Shown here in pieces: positions 19,180 through 27,684 of a stretch of DNA of 64,000 nucleotides. Location: IMG/VR virus record IMGVR_UViG_3300011440_000001, one strand, 5' to 3'. Source of the DNA: a virus. Position 1 is the first letter of the stretch. Every line of letters starts with the position of its first letter. The translations under genes and the position numbers were made by a program. Below the pieces are notes generated by a model. It was not told the DNA's origin. It did no database searches and worked only from the letters and a program-made list of their open reading frames with translations.

Positions 19180-19779
19180 ATGAAGTCTCTCAAGACTGAA
19201 CGGCTGTTAGCTTTCGGGTTGCTCGGGCTGCTGATAACACCGGCACTCGCGGTAGCCGATGGGCCGGGGAAGGTCGAGCTGCTCTACGGGCTGACCTCTC
19301 CTGCCGGCGACACTGGTGACGAGGAGCAGATCTACGGCGCCGGATGGGTGTACCACACCAGCGGGCCATGGCACGTCGAGGTGCGCGGGCTGCTGGGCGA
19401 GAGCGAGCAGATCGACACCGAAGATGCGGAAGTGGAGGTACCGGAGGCTCTGAAGCACTGGGGTACCACCTACGTGCCGCCGACCATCACCAAGAGAGTC
19501 GAGCGCACCGAAGACGGCCGGCTGGTCTCGCTGAGCTTCGGGCTGCGCAGGGTGCTGGGTTACGGCAAGTCGGTCAAGCCGTACCTGGCCGCAGGTGCAG
19601 GACCGAACATCACCGAGTTCGGCTCGGACTACGTGACCTACAACGCCGGGGCCGGGTTGCTGTTCGACCTGAGCGACACGGTGGACCTGGTCGTAGACGG
19701 GCGCTACGTCGGCCCCATCGACAAGCAGGACGACGTTCACGCCATCGCCGCGACCATCGGAGTGAGCATCGGCAAGTAA
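19180..19779 (+). CDS. outer-membrane beta-barrel protein (OmpX/Ail/Lom-like moron)
   Basis: Signal peptide (LLAFGLLGLLITPALAVA), alternating hydrophobic beta-strand pattern, aromatic-rich. SD GAGGAGG. Confidence 0.55.
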   Translation: MKSLKTERLLAFGLLGLLITPALAVADGPGKVELLYGLTSPAGDTGDEEQIYGAGWVYHTSGPWHVEVRGLLGESEQIDTEDAEVEVPEALKHWGTTYVPPTITKRVERTEDGRLVSLSFGLRRVLGYGKSVKPYLAAGAGPNITEFGSDYVTYNAGAGLLFDLSDTVDLVVDGRYVGPIDKQDDVHAIAATIGVSIGK

Positions 19780-19871
19780 GTTTCCCAAGTAGGCCCTGGC
19801 GTGCGGCGGGGGGCAGCGTCCCTGGTCAAACGCCCGCTCGCCGGGGCCTCCCCCACAGCGACGGTGCCCCA

Positions 19872-20198
19872 GTGCGACCCGACTCAGACTTCATCGACGC
19901 GAATCCCGGCAAGGCCATCGCCGCGGAGACCTTGCGCCACAACGTGGATAGATGGAAGGAAAACCGCGATCGGCCCCCAGGCAGGAAACCGGCGCTCAAC
20001 TCACACTCAGGCGCCGAGTCCCATATCGACACCAACGCCTGCACGGGCCATTCGTGGAACTGCGACTGCAGGCACTGCCTGGTGGACTGGTTCCTGCATC
20101 ACCCGGTCGGCCACGAGGGGTACCTGTCGTTCGCGCTGTGCTGCGATACCCTCGGGCTCAACCAGCAGGCCGTGCTCGAGAGACTCGGGCTGAGATGA
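19872..20198 (+). CDS. Cys/His-rich small protein (108 aa), not a separate call in the ORF track
   Basis: Protein-like frame (…HNVDRWKENRD…CTGHSWNCDCRHCLVDWFLHHPVGHEGY…) inside the long 19344..20198 ORF. First in-frame start after the OMP stop is GTG 19872. Ends 7 nt before tRNA-Pro. Confidence 0.3.
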   Translation: MRPDSDFIDANPGKAIAAETLRHNVDRWKENRDRPPGRKPALNSHSGAESHIDTNACTGHSWNCDCRHCLVDWFLHHPVGHEGYLSFALCCDTLGLNQQAVLERLGLR

Positions 20199-20204
20199 TT
20201 CCAT

Positions 20205-20280
20205 CGGGGTGTAGCGTAGTGGCCAACGCACTCGCTTTGGGAGCGAGGGACCGGAGGTTCGACTCCTCCCACCCCGACCA
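20205..20280 (+). tRNA. tRNA-Pro (anticodon TGG), CCA encoded
   Basis: Hand-folded cloverleaf. 7-bp acceptor CGGGGTG/CACCCCG. D-arm GCGT/ACGC. Anticodon stem CTCGC/GCGAG with loop TTTGGGA. T-arm GGAGG-TTCGACT-CCTCC. Discriminator A plus CCA. Confidence 0.85.
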
Positions 20281-20298
20281 TCACCACGGAATCACGGT

Positions 20299-20748
20299 GT
20301 GACAATGATCCTCGCCGTCTCCGGCTCGCGCCACTCCGGCCACGCCATCACCATCGCCAGGTTCATCGCGCGCTTCGGCCTGGCCCCCTCACGCATCGTC
20401 ACCGGCGAGCAGAAAGGTGTCGATGCCGCAGCCCGCGCATGGGCCACCGACCACGACATCCCCCTCACGGTTATCGAAGCCGAATGGACACGCTACGGGA
20501 AAGCCGCCGGCCCCATCCGCAGCCTCGCCGTCATCAAACGCGCCCATGCGCTCCTCGCGCTTCCCTGCAAACACTCCAAAGGGACGCTCAGGGCGATAGA
20601 CATTGCGAAGGAACTCGGCGTCGAATTGTTTTCCGAATACATCCGCTGCAATAGGAAGAACGATATTGTCACCGACCAATGGACCTGGCACCGTCCAGGC
20701 TGCCAATGCCTCTACTGCGTCGATACGAGGCGCGACCCACCTAGCTGA
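20299..20748 (+). CDS. DprA/Smf-like Rossmann (SLOG/DUF2493-type) protein
   Basis: Motifs ILAVSGSR and IVTGEQKGVDAAARAWA are typical of phage DUF2493/DprA-like proteins. Confidence 0.45.
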   Translation: MTMILAVSGSRHSGHAITIARFIARFGLAPSRIVTGEQKGVDAAARAWATDHDIPLTVIEAEWTRYGKAAGPIRSLAVIKRAHALLALPCKHSKGTLRAIDIAKELGVELFSEYIRCNRKNDIVTDQWTWHRPGCQCLYCVDTRRDPPS

Positions 20749-21180
20749 GGGGAATACCCGCCTTCTCCCTCCAGTTCGGCCCGAACCAGCGAACGAAGTA
20801 GTCCTCGTCTTCGTCGGTCATCGAGCCTTCGATGTCGAGCTTCCGGGCCATGAAAAGCTGGAACGACTCCTCCCGCTCATCCCCAGACTCGAGCCGCTTC
20901 CTGATGCGCCCTGCCTCGCGACGGTCGATCTTCCCGAGGCGCTCCTCCGGGCTGTCGTCGATCAGAACCCGCCCAACCTTCGCGAGCCGAAGTAAGTCCG
21001 CAGGCTTCGGGGGCCTCTCCCCCTCCTCCACGTGCCGCGCCAACGCCGCAAGACCCTCCGTGTCCGAAATCCGCACCATCACCTCGTACCATGCCTGCCC
21101 CGTCGCCGGATGAACCCTGAGGTTGTACAGCGCCGCTATCCGGTCCACAAGGTTCTTGATGCCTGCCTGAGTCAATGCGT
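20741..21180 (-). CDS. hypothetical protein (about 146 aa, TTG start)
   Basis: AGGAGG 7 nt upstream of TTG at 21180. Acidic C-terminus. Confidence 0.35.
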
Positions 21181-21945
21181 CCCCTCCTCTGCGTCGAAGA
21201 CGTAGGCGTCCACTTCCTTCGGCTTCGGGTTCGTCCACCACTCCCGCCGCAAATAGCGCGGCGTCCGCGGCAAGTACTGCAGCCCCTCCCCGCGGTACTT
21301 CTGCCAGCCAAGCTGCTCGTTCAACGCCCCCACAATGACCTCCGCGTCGATCTCGAGCTGGTGATCTCTCCAGAGTTTCTCGCATTCCCGGCCCGACTCC
21401 GGAAACGGATGCGCCCTCCAGAACGCACAAAACCCAGGAAGGTCTTCTGGCGGTTTCCATCTACTGCGGTTCGATGTCGAACGAGAACCCCGCGCCGGTT
21501 TTGGGCGCGGGTGTATGTTTTTAAGATCTTCTTCACTTACCTCTACTACACTACCCTTACCTAGTGACATTTTGTGACGCGGCGTGACATGGCGTGACAA
21601 AGAATCACGCTGTCGCTTAATCTGCTGTCGCTGTGCTGCTTTACCTCTGTCGCTGTTGAGCCATCCGCCACGGCCACGCTCGTTCCATCCGTGCAAGGAT
21701 CTTGGTTCGTCCATGTACCCAGATTCGATGAGCGCGACGATGAGTGCCTGCGGGTCCCCCTTGAAGCCGGCCGCTTCAGCGATGTCTTCGTCCGACCATA
21801 GCGATAGATCCCCGGTCGGGGCCTGGATCATCGCCGCCTCCCACAGTGCTATCAGGTAGGCGTGAGCTAGGGGCTCGTCAAGTAGTTTTCTAAGTCGGAT
21901 TGTCTTGCGGTGGTGATTGAAGCCGAGTTCAACCGGCACGTACAT
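21172..21945 (-). CDS. hypothetical protein (257 aa), possibly replication-associated
   Basis: ATG 21945 preceded by GAGGAGG. Basic central region. Confidence 0.4.
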   Translation of the reverse strand: MYVPVELGFNHHRKTIRLRKLLDEPLAHAYLIALWEAAMIQAPTGDLSLWSDEDIAEAAGFKGDPQALIVALIESGYMDEPRSLHGWNERGRGGWLNSDRGKAAQRQQIKRQRDSLSRHVTPRHKMSLGKGSVVEVSEEDLKNIHPRPKPARGSRSTSNRSRWKPPEDLPGFCAFWRAHPFPESGRECEKLWRDHQLEIDAEVIVGALNEQLGWQKYRGEGLQYLPRTPRYLRREWWTNPKPKEVDAYVFDAEEGTH

Positions 21946-22486
21946 CTTACGCACCTCCTCAAGATCGCCGGGGGGCTGTGGGGCTTGAGGTCCCCTCAAC
22001 CCCCCGGCAGGTGTGGCTGCGCCTTCCTGCTTCTGCCGCGGGGCGGGAACCCCGCGAGGCTCACCAACATTACCCCAGCCTCACTCAAAATGTCAAAACC
22101 AGAAAAACGCCCTACAAGGCATCATTTCCATGAGTCGCACCCCAAACTACCTGGACCAGAAAACGACGCGGCCTACACCGGTTTCCCGATGAATGCGGGC
22201 CATCCTGGCGCAAACCAGTAACCCAGATCCGGCAGGCACCACCAGAACAGCCAGACACACGGCCCACTGATCCACTCATGTGTCACCTAACGAGGACGGC
22301 ACTTCCGGGCCGCGAAAGTAGGGGTGGGGGCCATACCCTGAACCATGGGACTCCCCGCTGCTCGCGGGTCGGTCGGGACGCACGCGCGCACCACGCGGCG
22401 CACTCCCCCAGCTCCCACTCACCGGCCACGCGCTCTGCTGTTCCGCTTCGCACACCAGCCCCACTGTGTGCCCTTGTTCGCATTCG

Positions 22487-22680
22487 CTGCATAGGCGCAC
22501 CTCGCAACCAACATATGCGCATCTAAGTAGGCCGCATAGGCGCAATGTGGACGGGACGGGTACTGCGGGGTGTGCTGCCTGACGAATCAGTCACCGTCAG
22601 TCACCGTCAGTCACGCCAATCTGCATGGGCACATACTCACAGCCTGCATAGGCACAATCGCACAGGTTGCATATGCATCT
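22487..22680. repeat. iteron cluster: six or more copies of GCATAGGCRCA / GCATATGCR
   Basis: Copies read directly at 22487, 22513, 22533, 22621, 22644 and 22668. Partly palindromic (CATATG cores). Confidence 0.5.
22589..22616. repeat. tandem repeat CAGTCACCGT x2.8
   Basis: Direct reading of the sequence. Confidence 0.7.
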
Positions 22681-22911
22681 GTCGCAGAGTGTCGCGGCGT
22701 CACTCGGCTCGCGGCGCGGGTGTCGGGAACGACGTCGGCATCGGCACGCCTTCGAGGCGTTCCAAGGCCCATTCGAGCAGCGCGCGGGCGTGCGCCACGT
22801 CCAGGCGCGTCGGGCTGTCGTGAGCCAGCGAGTCGAGCGCGCCCCGCAGGCTGTCCTCAATCCATGCGTCCGTGACGGCGTTTTCGTCGGCGCAAACCGC
22901 ACGAAACAGGC

Positions 22912-22938
22912 GATTTAGGGGATTTATGGGATTTAGGG
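22912..22938. repeat. tandem repeat GATTTAGGG / GATTTATGGG x3
   Basis: Direct reading. Lies inside the doubtful minus-strand ORF 22700..23239. Confidence 0.6.
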
Positions 22939-23235
22939 CAGATGGGCTAAAGGGCGGGCGACGCATACCCATTCTCTCCGTTTCCCATATACGTATCAGT
23001 CTGCGACGCCCATGTGGAATGGCGGTGCTAACGTTCGTTAGCACCCCGGCGCCTTGCTTGGCGCGGGCCGTATCACGACTCATAACCCCCTCCATCTCTG
23101 TCCACTGGGTAGCGCCGCAGGAGCATGTATCCACGCGCAGGATGTTCCCGTGCGCCGCCGCCGACTCACAGTCGTCAGGCGCGACACAGTACGGCCAGGG
23201 GAGATCCACGCTCTTATCGCTGCGGTGCTGATGGC

Positions 23236-23481
23236 TCACGCCCGCACCGTAATGCGTCCGCCGCGGGAATCGTCCTGCCAGATTTCGCGGCCATCGGACA
23301 GCACGGCCACGGGGCCGTATCCGTTCGGGTCGGCTTCACGGGATGCCTGCTCGTCCACTGTCACGCCGATGGCCTGAAGAGCCAGGTCCAGCGCGTCGGC
23401 CCAGTTGTCGCCGCGTCGATTCGCGTCGTCGATGGCCTGGCGGACGGTCTCGCAGATTTCCTCGTCGGTCGCGTTTGTCAT
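23236..23481 (-). CDS. small acidic hypothetical protein (81 aa, start trimmed)
   Basis: Protein-like composition. Divergent from the 23502 promoter. No clear SD. Confidence 0.3.
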   Translation of the reverse strand: MTNATDEEICETVRQAIDDANRRGDNWADALDLALQAIGVTVDEQASREADPNGYGPVAVLSDGREIWQDDSRGGRITVRA

Positions 23482-23501
23482 GCGGGGAATGGTACGCCTA
23501 C

Positions 23502-23530
23502 TTGACAAAGCTGTCAAGTAGGGGTATATA
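23502..23530 (+). promoter_or_regulatory. consensus sigma70 promoter with embedded palindromic operator (copy 2)
   Basis: TTGACA-N17-TATATA. The -35 element is half of the 16-bp palindrome TTGACA-AAGC-TGTCAA (23502..23517). Confidence 0.55.
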
Positions 23531-23554
23531 GAGACCAACACATTGAGGGACCAC

Positions 23555-23752
23555 ATGAAGCTACCTCAAGGGCTAGACCCTGACACGATTGTAGAGGCTG
23601 CGGAGTCGGATGACGGTCGTGGTTTTTGTTTAGCGTGTGGTGAGGAGCATTACGACATTGAGCCGGACGCGCGGGAGTATTTGTGCGAGTCCTGTGGTGC
23701 GGATGAAGTCTACGGGGCGGAGGAGTTGTTGTTGATGGGGGCAGCGTCGTGA
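23555..23752 (+). CDS. small zinc-ribbon protein (65 aa)
   Basis: CxxC ... CxxC. SD GAGGGA. First gene after the 23502 promoter. Confidence 0.45.
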   Translation: MKLPQGLDPDTIVEAAESDDGRGFCLACGEEHYDIEPDAREYLCESCGADEVYGAEELLLMGAAS

Positions 23753-24189
23753 GCGCGGGCGCCGCGGTGTGTGAGCGGTGTTTGAGGGGGTACGCGCCGG
23801 TGCGGAAGGTATCGAGTCCGCTGGAAGCTGCGACCTTGTTCAAGACGTTGGCATCGCGCAGGACGGAGGCGTTGCGGGTTGCGTATCTGGATTCGCAGAA
23901 TCAGGTGCTCGCGGTGCGGACGGTATCGGTAGGCTCGCTCAACACGACGCGCACGGCGCCGCGGGAGATTCTACGGCCGGCGATAGAGGCGAACGCCCTT
24001 GGGTTCATTCTTGCGCACAATCACCCATCTGGGAGTGTGCGGCCATCGCAGGACGACATTGACTTCACGCGAGTGGTGAAGCGAGCAGGGGAGATGATGG
24101 GGATCTCGCTCTACGACCACGTGATCATCGCGAAGCAGAAGGGGCGGCCGTTGTCATGGGTGAGCCTGAAGGAAGAGGGGCACCTGTGA
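23749..24189 (+). CDS. radC: RadC-like JAB/MPN domain protein
   Basis: JAMM-like motif …AHNHPSG… with conserved upstream Glu and downstream Ser/Asp. Confidence 0.6.
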   Translation: MSAGAAVCERCLRGYAPVRKVSSPLEAATLFKTLASRRTEALRVAYLDSQNQVLAVRTVSVGSLNTTRTAPREILRPAIEANALGFILAHNHPSGSVRPSQDDIDFTRVVKRAGEMMGISLYDHVIIAKQKGRPLSWVSLKEEGHL

Positions 24190-24395
24190 GGCCTGGGCAT
24201 CTTACACCGATTATCAGGCACGTCGCGGTGTGTTGTGGGCAAGACGTTGTGTGTGAGTTGCAGGTCAACGTCTGTCCGACGTGCGGTGTTACCTACGACT
24301 GGGCGGCACGACGGATTCGCGGGCGTGTGGTTGATGCGGATGCGGTGTTGGCTCCGGTCTATGAATTCCCGAGCGGGAATCGGAGGGCACAGTGA
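24186..24395 (+). CDS. small Cys-rich protein (69 aa, GTG start overlapping upstream stop)
   Basis: GTGA overlap. CC ... C ... CxxC. Confidence 0.3.
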   Translation: MRPGHLTPIIRHVAVCCGQDVVCELQVNVCPTCGVTYDWAARRIRGRVVDADAVLAPVYEFPSGNRRAQ

Positions 24396-24832
24396 TCAGC
24401 GCGCGGCGGGGGCCGTACACGTTCGATGAGGCTGTGGCGATGGTGCGCGGGGCGGGGTTCACACACGTTCTCACGATGGCTGGGCCGACGCCCGTTGCCG
24501 AATGGTCTCCTTACGGTCAGGCGCGCGGCGAGCGGTATCGGGTTCGCGTGGACATTGTGAAGGGGCGTGTGTACGACGAGCCCCCGGAGCACTGTCCGCC
24601 GGGGTTCGGTCTAGGCGTGTGGACGCTGTTGTGGCTCGACGAGGCCGCCGGCGCGCTCGATCCGGACAACGCGATGGCCTACGTCTCGATGCTGCGTCGC
24701 GCGCACGAGCTGGGGGCGTTCCGTCAGGTGATCTTCGTTTCGCACAGTCAGGAAGTCTGGGAGGCGGCCGACGCGCGCCTCTTCGTCGCCGACGGGCGGG
24801 TCACTACAACTCTTCAGAGGGAGGCCGCATGA
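24392..24832 (+). CDS. hypothetical protein with ABC/SMC-ATPase C-terminal-like motifs (Walker B, D-loop, H-loop) but no Walker A
   Basis: TLLWLDEAAGALD followed by VIFVSHS. No P-loop or signature motif. Confidence 0.35.
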   Translation: MISARRGPYTFDEAVAMVRGAGFTHVLTMAGPTPVAEWSPYGQARGERYRVRVDIVKGRVYDEPPEHCPPGFGLGVWTLLWLDEAAGALDPDNAMAYVSMLRRAHELGAFRQVIFVSHSQEVWEAADARLFVADGRVTTTLQREAA

Positions 24833-25599
24833 AGATCGAGATCAAATCTTGGTGGACCGGCAACGTGCTGATCGAGGTAGAGGCCGACTCGATCCGCGCG
24901 GCGCTGGAGATCGCCGTCGGAAAGAAAACCGACCTCAGGGGCGCCGACCTCAGGGGCGCCGACCTCAGGGGCGCCCACCTCAGGGGCGCCGACCTCAGGG
25001 ACGCCGACCTCAGGGACGCCGACCTCAGGGACGCCGACCTCAGGGACGCCGACCTCAGGGGCGCCGACCTCAGGGACGCCGACCTCAGGGACGCCGACCT
25101 CAGGGGCGCCGACCTCAGGGACGCCGACCTCAGGGGCGCCGACCTCGGGGGCGCCGACCTCGGGGGCGCCGACCTCGGGGGCGCCGACCTCAGGGACGCC
25201 GACCTCAGGGACGCCGACCTCAGGGACGCCGACCTCAGGGGCGCCCACCTCAGGGACGCCGACCTCAGGGGCGCCCACCTCAGGGACGCCGACCTCAGGG
25301 GCGCCCGTCTGGAGACCGGAGAGACGATGGCTCAGTACATCGAGAGCGTCGTGCCGGCGCTGTGCACGGCTGGAGGGCGCACGATCGAGGAAGTCGCCAC
25401 CGCGTGGAACTGCCACGACTGGGGCAACTGCCCGATGCACGTGGCGTTCAACGGCGCGGAGAGTCCCGACGATCCGCGCGTGCCGATGTTGCTGCGCCCG
25501 CGCGTGCATCAGTTCGTGCGGCTGTTCGACGCGCGGCTACTGCCGAATCCGCTGGGGGAGAAGGCGTCGCCCGCGTGCCCGGTCACGCCAGGCCAATGA
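24829..25599 (+). CDS. pentapeptide-repeat protein (about 27 tandem A(D/N)LRx pentapeptides)
   Basis: N-terminal ~30-aa globular cap, then (ADLRG/ADLRD)n, then a ~95-aa C-terminal domain. SD GAGGGAGG. Confidence 0.65.
   Translation: MKIEIKSWWTGNVLIEVEADSIRAALEIAVGKKTDLRGADLRGADLRGAHLRGADLRDADLRDADLRDADLRDADLRGADLRDADLRDADLRGADLRDADLRGADLGGADLGGADLGGADLRDADLRDADLRDADLRGAHLRDADLRGAHLRDADLRGARLETGETMAQYIESVVPALCTAGGRTIEEVATAWNCHDWGNCPMHVAFNGAESPDDPRVPMLLRPRVHQFVRLFDARLLPNPLGEKASPACPVTPGQ
24931..25305. repeat. near-perfect 15-bp DNA tandem repeat (gacctcagggRcgcc) x~25 within the pentapeptide gene
   Basis: Direct reading. Units differ by 1-2 nt. Confidence 0.85.
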
Positions 25600-26120
25600 G
25601 CGTCCCGCAGGGCACCATCGCGCGCCAGCGCACTGACCTCGACCGCCTCCGCTGCGATCTCGCCGCGGCCCGCAGGGAAGCGGAGGCCAACGGTGCCACC
25701 GTGAAGGCCCAGCAGGCGGAGATCGGCAAGGCGCGCGCGCATCTCGCACACGCTCGAAGAGGAGGCTGGGTCATGAGGCTCCCGAAGCTCTATCCCTACC
25801 TGATCACGTACCGGCGGGGCGCGCGGCGGATTGGCTTCGGGATCCGCTTTTACCCGACCGACGCCGCGGCGAGCGAGGACGCGAGCCGACTCATCCCCAC
25901 GCTCGTTCCGCGCGCCCTGGAGATCCGCACGCGCGCGGTGCATCTGTGCTTGCACGCCGATCCGCCGTGTCCGTGGGCGAAGGACCGGGAGATCATGGGC
26001 GCGGCACACGCGATTGTTGACCGCATCACGGGAACGATCCTCGATGAGGAGCCCGACACCATCGTCCATTGGATAGCCGAAGAACTCAGCAAGCGCAGAT
26101 CACCAAGGGAGGGCAAATGA
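25596..26120 (+). CDS. hypothetical protein (174 aa)
   Basis: ATGA overlap with the pentapeptide gene stop. N-terminal coiled-coil-like segment. Confidence 0.4.
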   Translation: MSVPQGTIARQRTDLDRLRCDLAAARREAEANGATVKAQQAEIGKARAHLAHARRGGWVMRLPKLYPYLITYRRGARRIGFGIRFYPTDAAASEDASRLIPTLVPRALEIRTRAVHLCLHADPPCPWAKDREIMGAAHAIVDRITGTILDEEPDTIVHWIAEELSKRRSPREGK

Positions 26121-26545
26121 ACAACAAACGCATGACCCAGCTCATCGAGGCGATCCGCAGCGAGGCAGGGCGCAACATGTTCGATTTCTCTTACTTCACC
26201 CGCGTGCCGGAGGGGGCGAAACCAGTACACGAAGCGTTCAAGGCGGGGGGCACGTGCGGGACCACGGCGTGTATCGCAGGCATGGCCAAGGCGGTCGCTA
26301 TCATCAACGGTGACGAGCCTGCTGGTGGCCCCACCATCAGCCACTTCTGGTTGTCTGACTGGCTCGGGATATCGCTGTCGCACGCGAATCAAATCTGCTA
26401 CCCCGAGAATATTGCGTTGTGGCCGCGGTGTTGGCAGACGAAGGCGTTGGAGGCTGCGGACGTGCTGGAGCACTATCAGGCAACGGGGCGGCTGGAGCAC
26501 CCCTACCCCCCCACCCCTACCCAATACCCCAGGGAGCGCAAATGA
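26117..26545 (+). CDS. hypothetical protein, tandem paralog A (142 aa)
   Basis: ATGA overlap. Shares motif MF-F/M-S…EAF-AGG-CGTT-CI-GMA with the next gene. Confidence 0.45.
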   Translation: MNNKRMTQLIEAIRSEAGRNMFDFSYFTRVPEGAKPVHEAFKAGGTCGTTACIAGMAKAVAIINGDEPAGGPTISHFWLSDWLGISLSHANQICYPENIALWPRCWQTKALEAADVLEHYQATGRLEHPYPPTPTQYPRERK

Positions 26546-27003
26546 ACGAGACACGGCTCAAAGCATTGTCGGCGGCGCTGCGGACAGAGACGGCGGCGAA
26601 GATGTTCCACATGGCGTCTTGGGTACAGGAAGGCGAGCGCGCTCTGCCGGAGGCGTTTGCAGCGGGCGGGGGCTGCGGCACGACGGGTTGCATTCTCGGG
26701 ATGGCTGCGGCTATCGACCCGATCAGCCTCACGGCCTTCTTCGGCGACCACCGCAACTACGGAACGGTCGCGCTCAAAGCCAATCCGAGGGTGTCGGGCG
26801 CGGAAGCCTTCTCTCGCTGGCTCGACATCGACTTCTACGACGCGACGGAACTGTGCGGCGTTGGGGGCGGCGTCTGGGAGCGGTGGGGCGACCTTGGGAG
26901 CGTGCCCGCGAGCCTCGCCGCCGACGTGCTCGACGCCTACGCGCAGGGGGGCATCGCCGCGGCGCGCGAGGTTGCCAACTACGGGGCGGGGGGGGCACTC
27001 TGA
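26542..27003 (+). CDS. hypothetical protein, tandem paralog B (153 aa)
   Basis: ATGA overlap. Paralogous to 26117..26545. Confidence 0.45.
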   Translation: MNETRLKALSAALRTETAAKMFHMASWVQEGERALPEAFAAGGGCGTTGCILGMAAAIDPISLTAFFGDHRNYGTVALKANPRVSGAEAFSRWLDIDFYDATELCGVGGGVWERWGDLGSVPASLAADVLDAYAQGGIAAAREVANYGAGGAL

Positions 27004-27542
27004 TGGGTTACTCGACAGATTTCCACGGGCACTTCGCGATCACTCCGCCGCTCACGGCGGAGCAGCGGGCCACGCTCGTTGACTGGAGTCAGGAGCGGCA
27101 CGAGTGGTCGGGCGTACCCTCGTATTGGTGCCAATGGGTTCCCACCGACGACGGCAAAGCGATCCACTGGGACGGGGTGGAGAAGTTCTACGAGTACGAA
27201 GACTGGCTCCTGTACATCATCGAGCACTTCATCGCGCCGTGGGGCTGCAAGCTCAATGGGGAGGTGGAGTGGGCAGGCGAGGACTCCGAGGACCTTGGCA
27301 GGCTCGTCGTGAAGGACAACGTGCTGACGGTCTTCGATGGGGTGGTCGAGTATCGCGCGCGCGCGCGCGGCGGGGGGCCAAGGAAGCTCAGCGGATCGTG
27401 GCACTGCTACGTGTGCGGCGCCGACAGGCACATGGGCTGGGACGCAACGGCGCAACTGTTGGAGTGCTCCGGGTGTCGCGCACACTTCGAGTTCCACTTG
27501 CATCGGCAAGACGAGGGGCATGACTGCCCCTGCGGGCGGTAA
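27003..27542 (+). CDS. hypothetical protein with C-terminal Cys/His cluster (179 aa)
   Basis: TGATG overlap. Trp-rich. C-terminal CxxC…C…C…H…C.C. Confidence 0.4.
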   Translation: MGYSTDFHGHFAITPPLTAEQRATLVDWSQERHEWSGVPSYWCQWVPTDDGKAIHWDGVEKFYEYEDWLLYIIEHFIAPWGCKLNGEVEWAGEDSEDLGRLVVKDNVLTVFDGVVEYRARARGGGPRKLSGSWHCYVCGADRHMGWDATAQLLECSGCRAHFEFHLHRQDEGHDCPCGR

Positions 27543-27559
27543 CTGAGCATTTGGGGTTT

Positions 27560-27646
27560 CCCGGCGTGGTGGAATGGCAAACACAGCGGCCCTTAGGTGC
27601 CGCTGGGCTGTAATGGCCCATGCGGGTTCGACTCCCGCCGCCGGGA
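27560..27646 (+). tRNA. type-II tRNA-Leu(UAG)-like gene with 8-nt anticodon loop (CCUUAGGU); no encoded CCA
   Basis: Perfect 7-bp acceptor CCCGGCG/CGCCGGG. 3-bp D-stem. 5-bp anticodon stem GCGGC/GCCGC with an 8-nt loop. Long variable arm GGGC…GCCC. T-arm GCGGG-TTCGACT-CCCGC. Confidence 0.45.
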
Positions 27647-27684
27647 TCAAACGCATCAATTCGGCAAAGGGGGGGGGCGGGTAG

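Noticed and set aside
20205-20280. tRNA-Pro as the bacterial attachment site marking a prophage end
   Set aside because: Phage-type genes continue on both sides and no integrase or direct repeat was found, so it is more likely a phage-encoded tRNA.
22700-23239. 179-aa minus-strand ORF from the track
   Set aside because: It is translated through the GATTTAGGG iterons (…LNPINPLN…) and lacks an SD. Only its last ~80 codons look protein-like, so it is not called.
24931-25305. Possible CRISPR array because of regularly spaced direct repeats
   Set aside because: The 15-bp units are contiguous with no spacers, lie inside an ORF, and no cas genes are present.
24814-26120. Long ORFs on the opposite strand and in the +1 frame across the pentapeptide gene (PEVGVPEVG… and RRPQGRRPQG… products)
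   Set aside because: They are translations of the same 15-bp tandem repeat in other frames. Only the (ADLRG)n frame has a proper SD, flanking non-repeat domains and downstream coupling.
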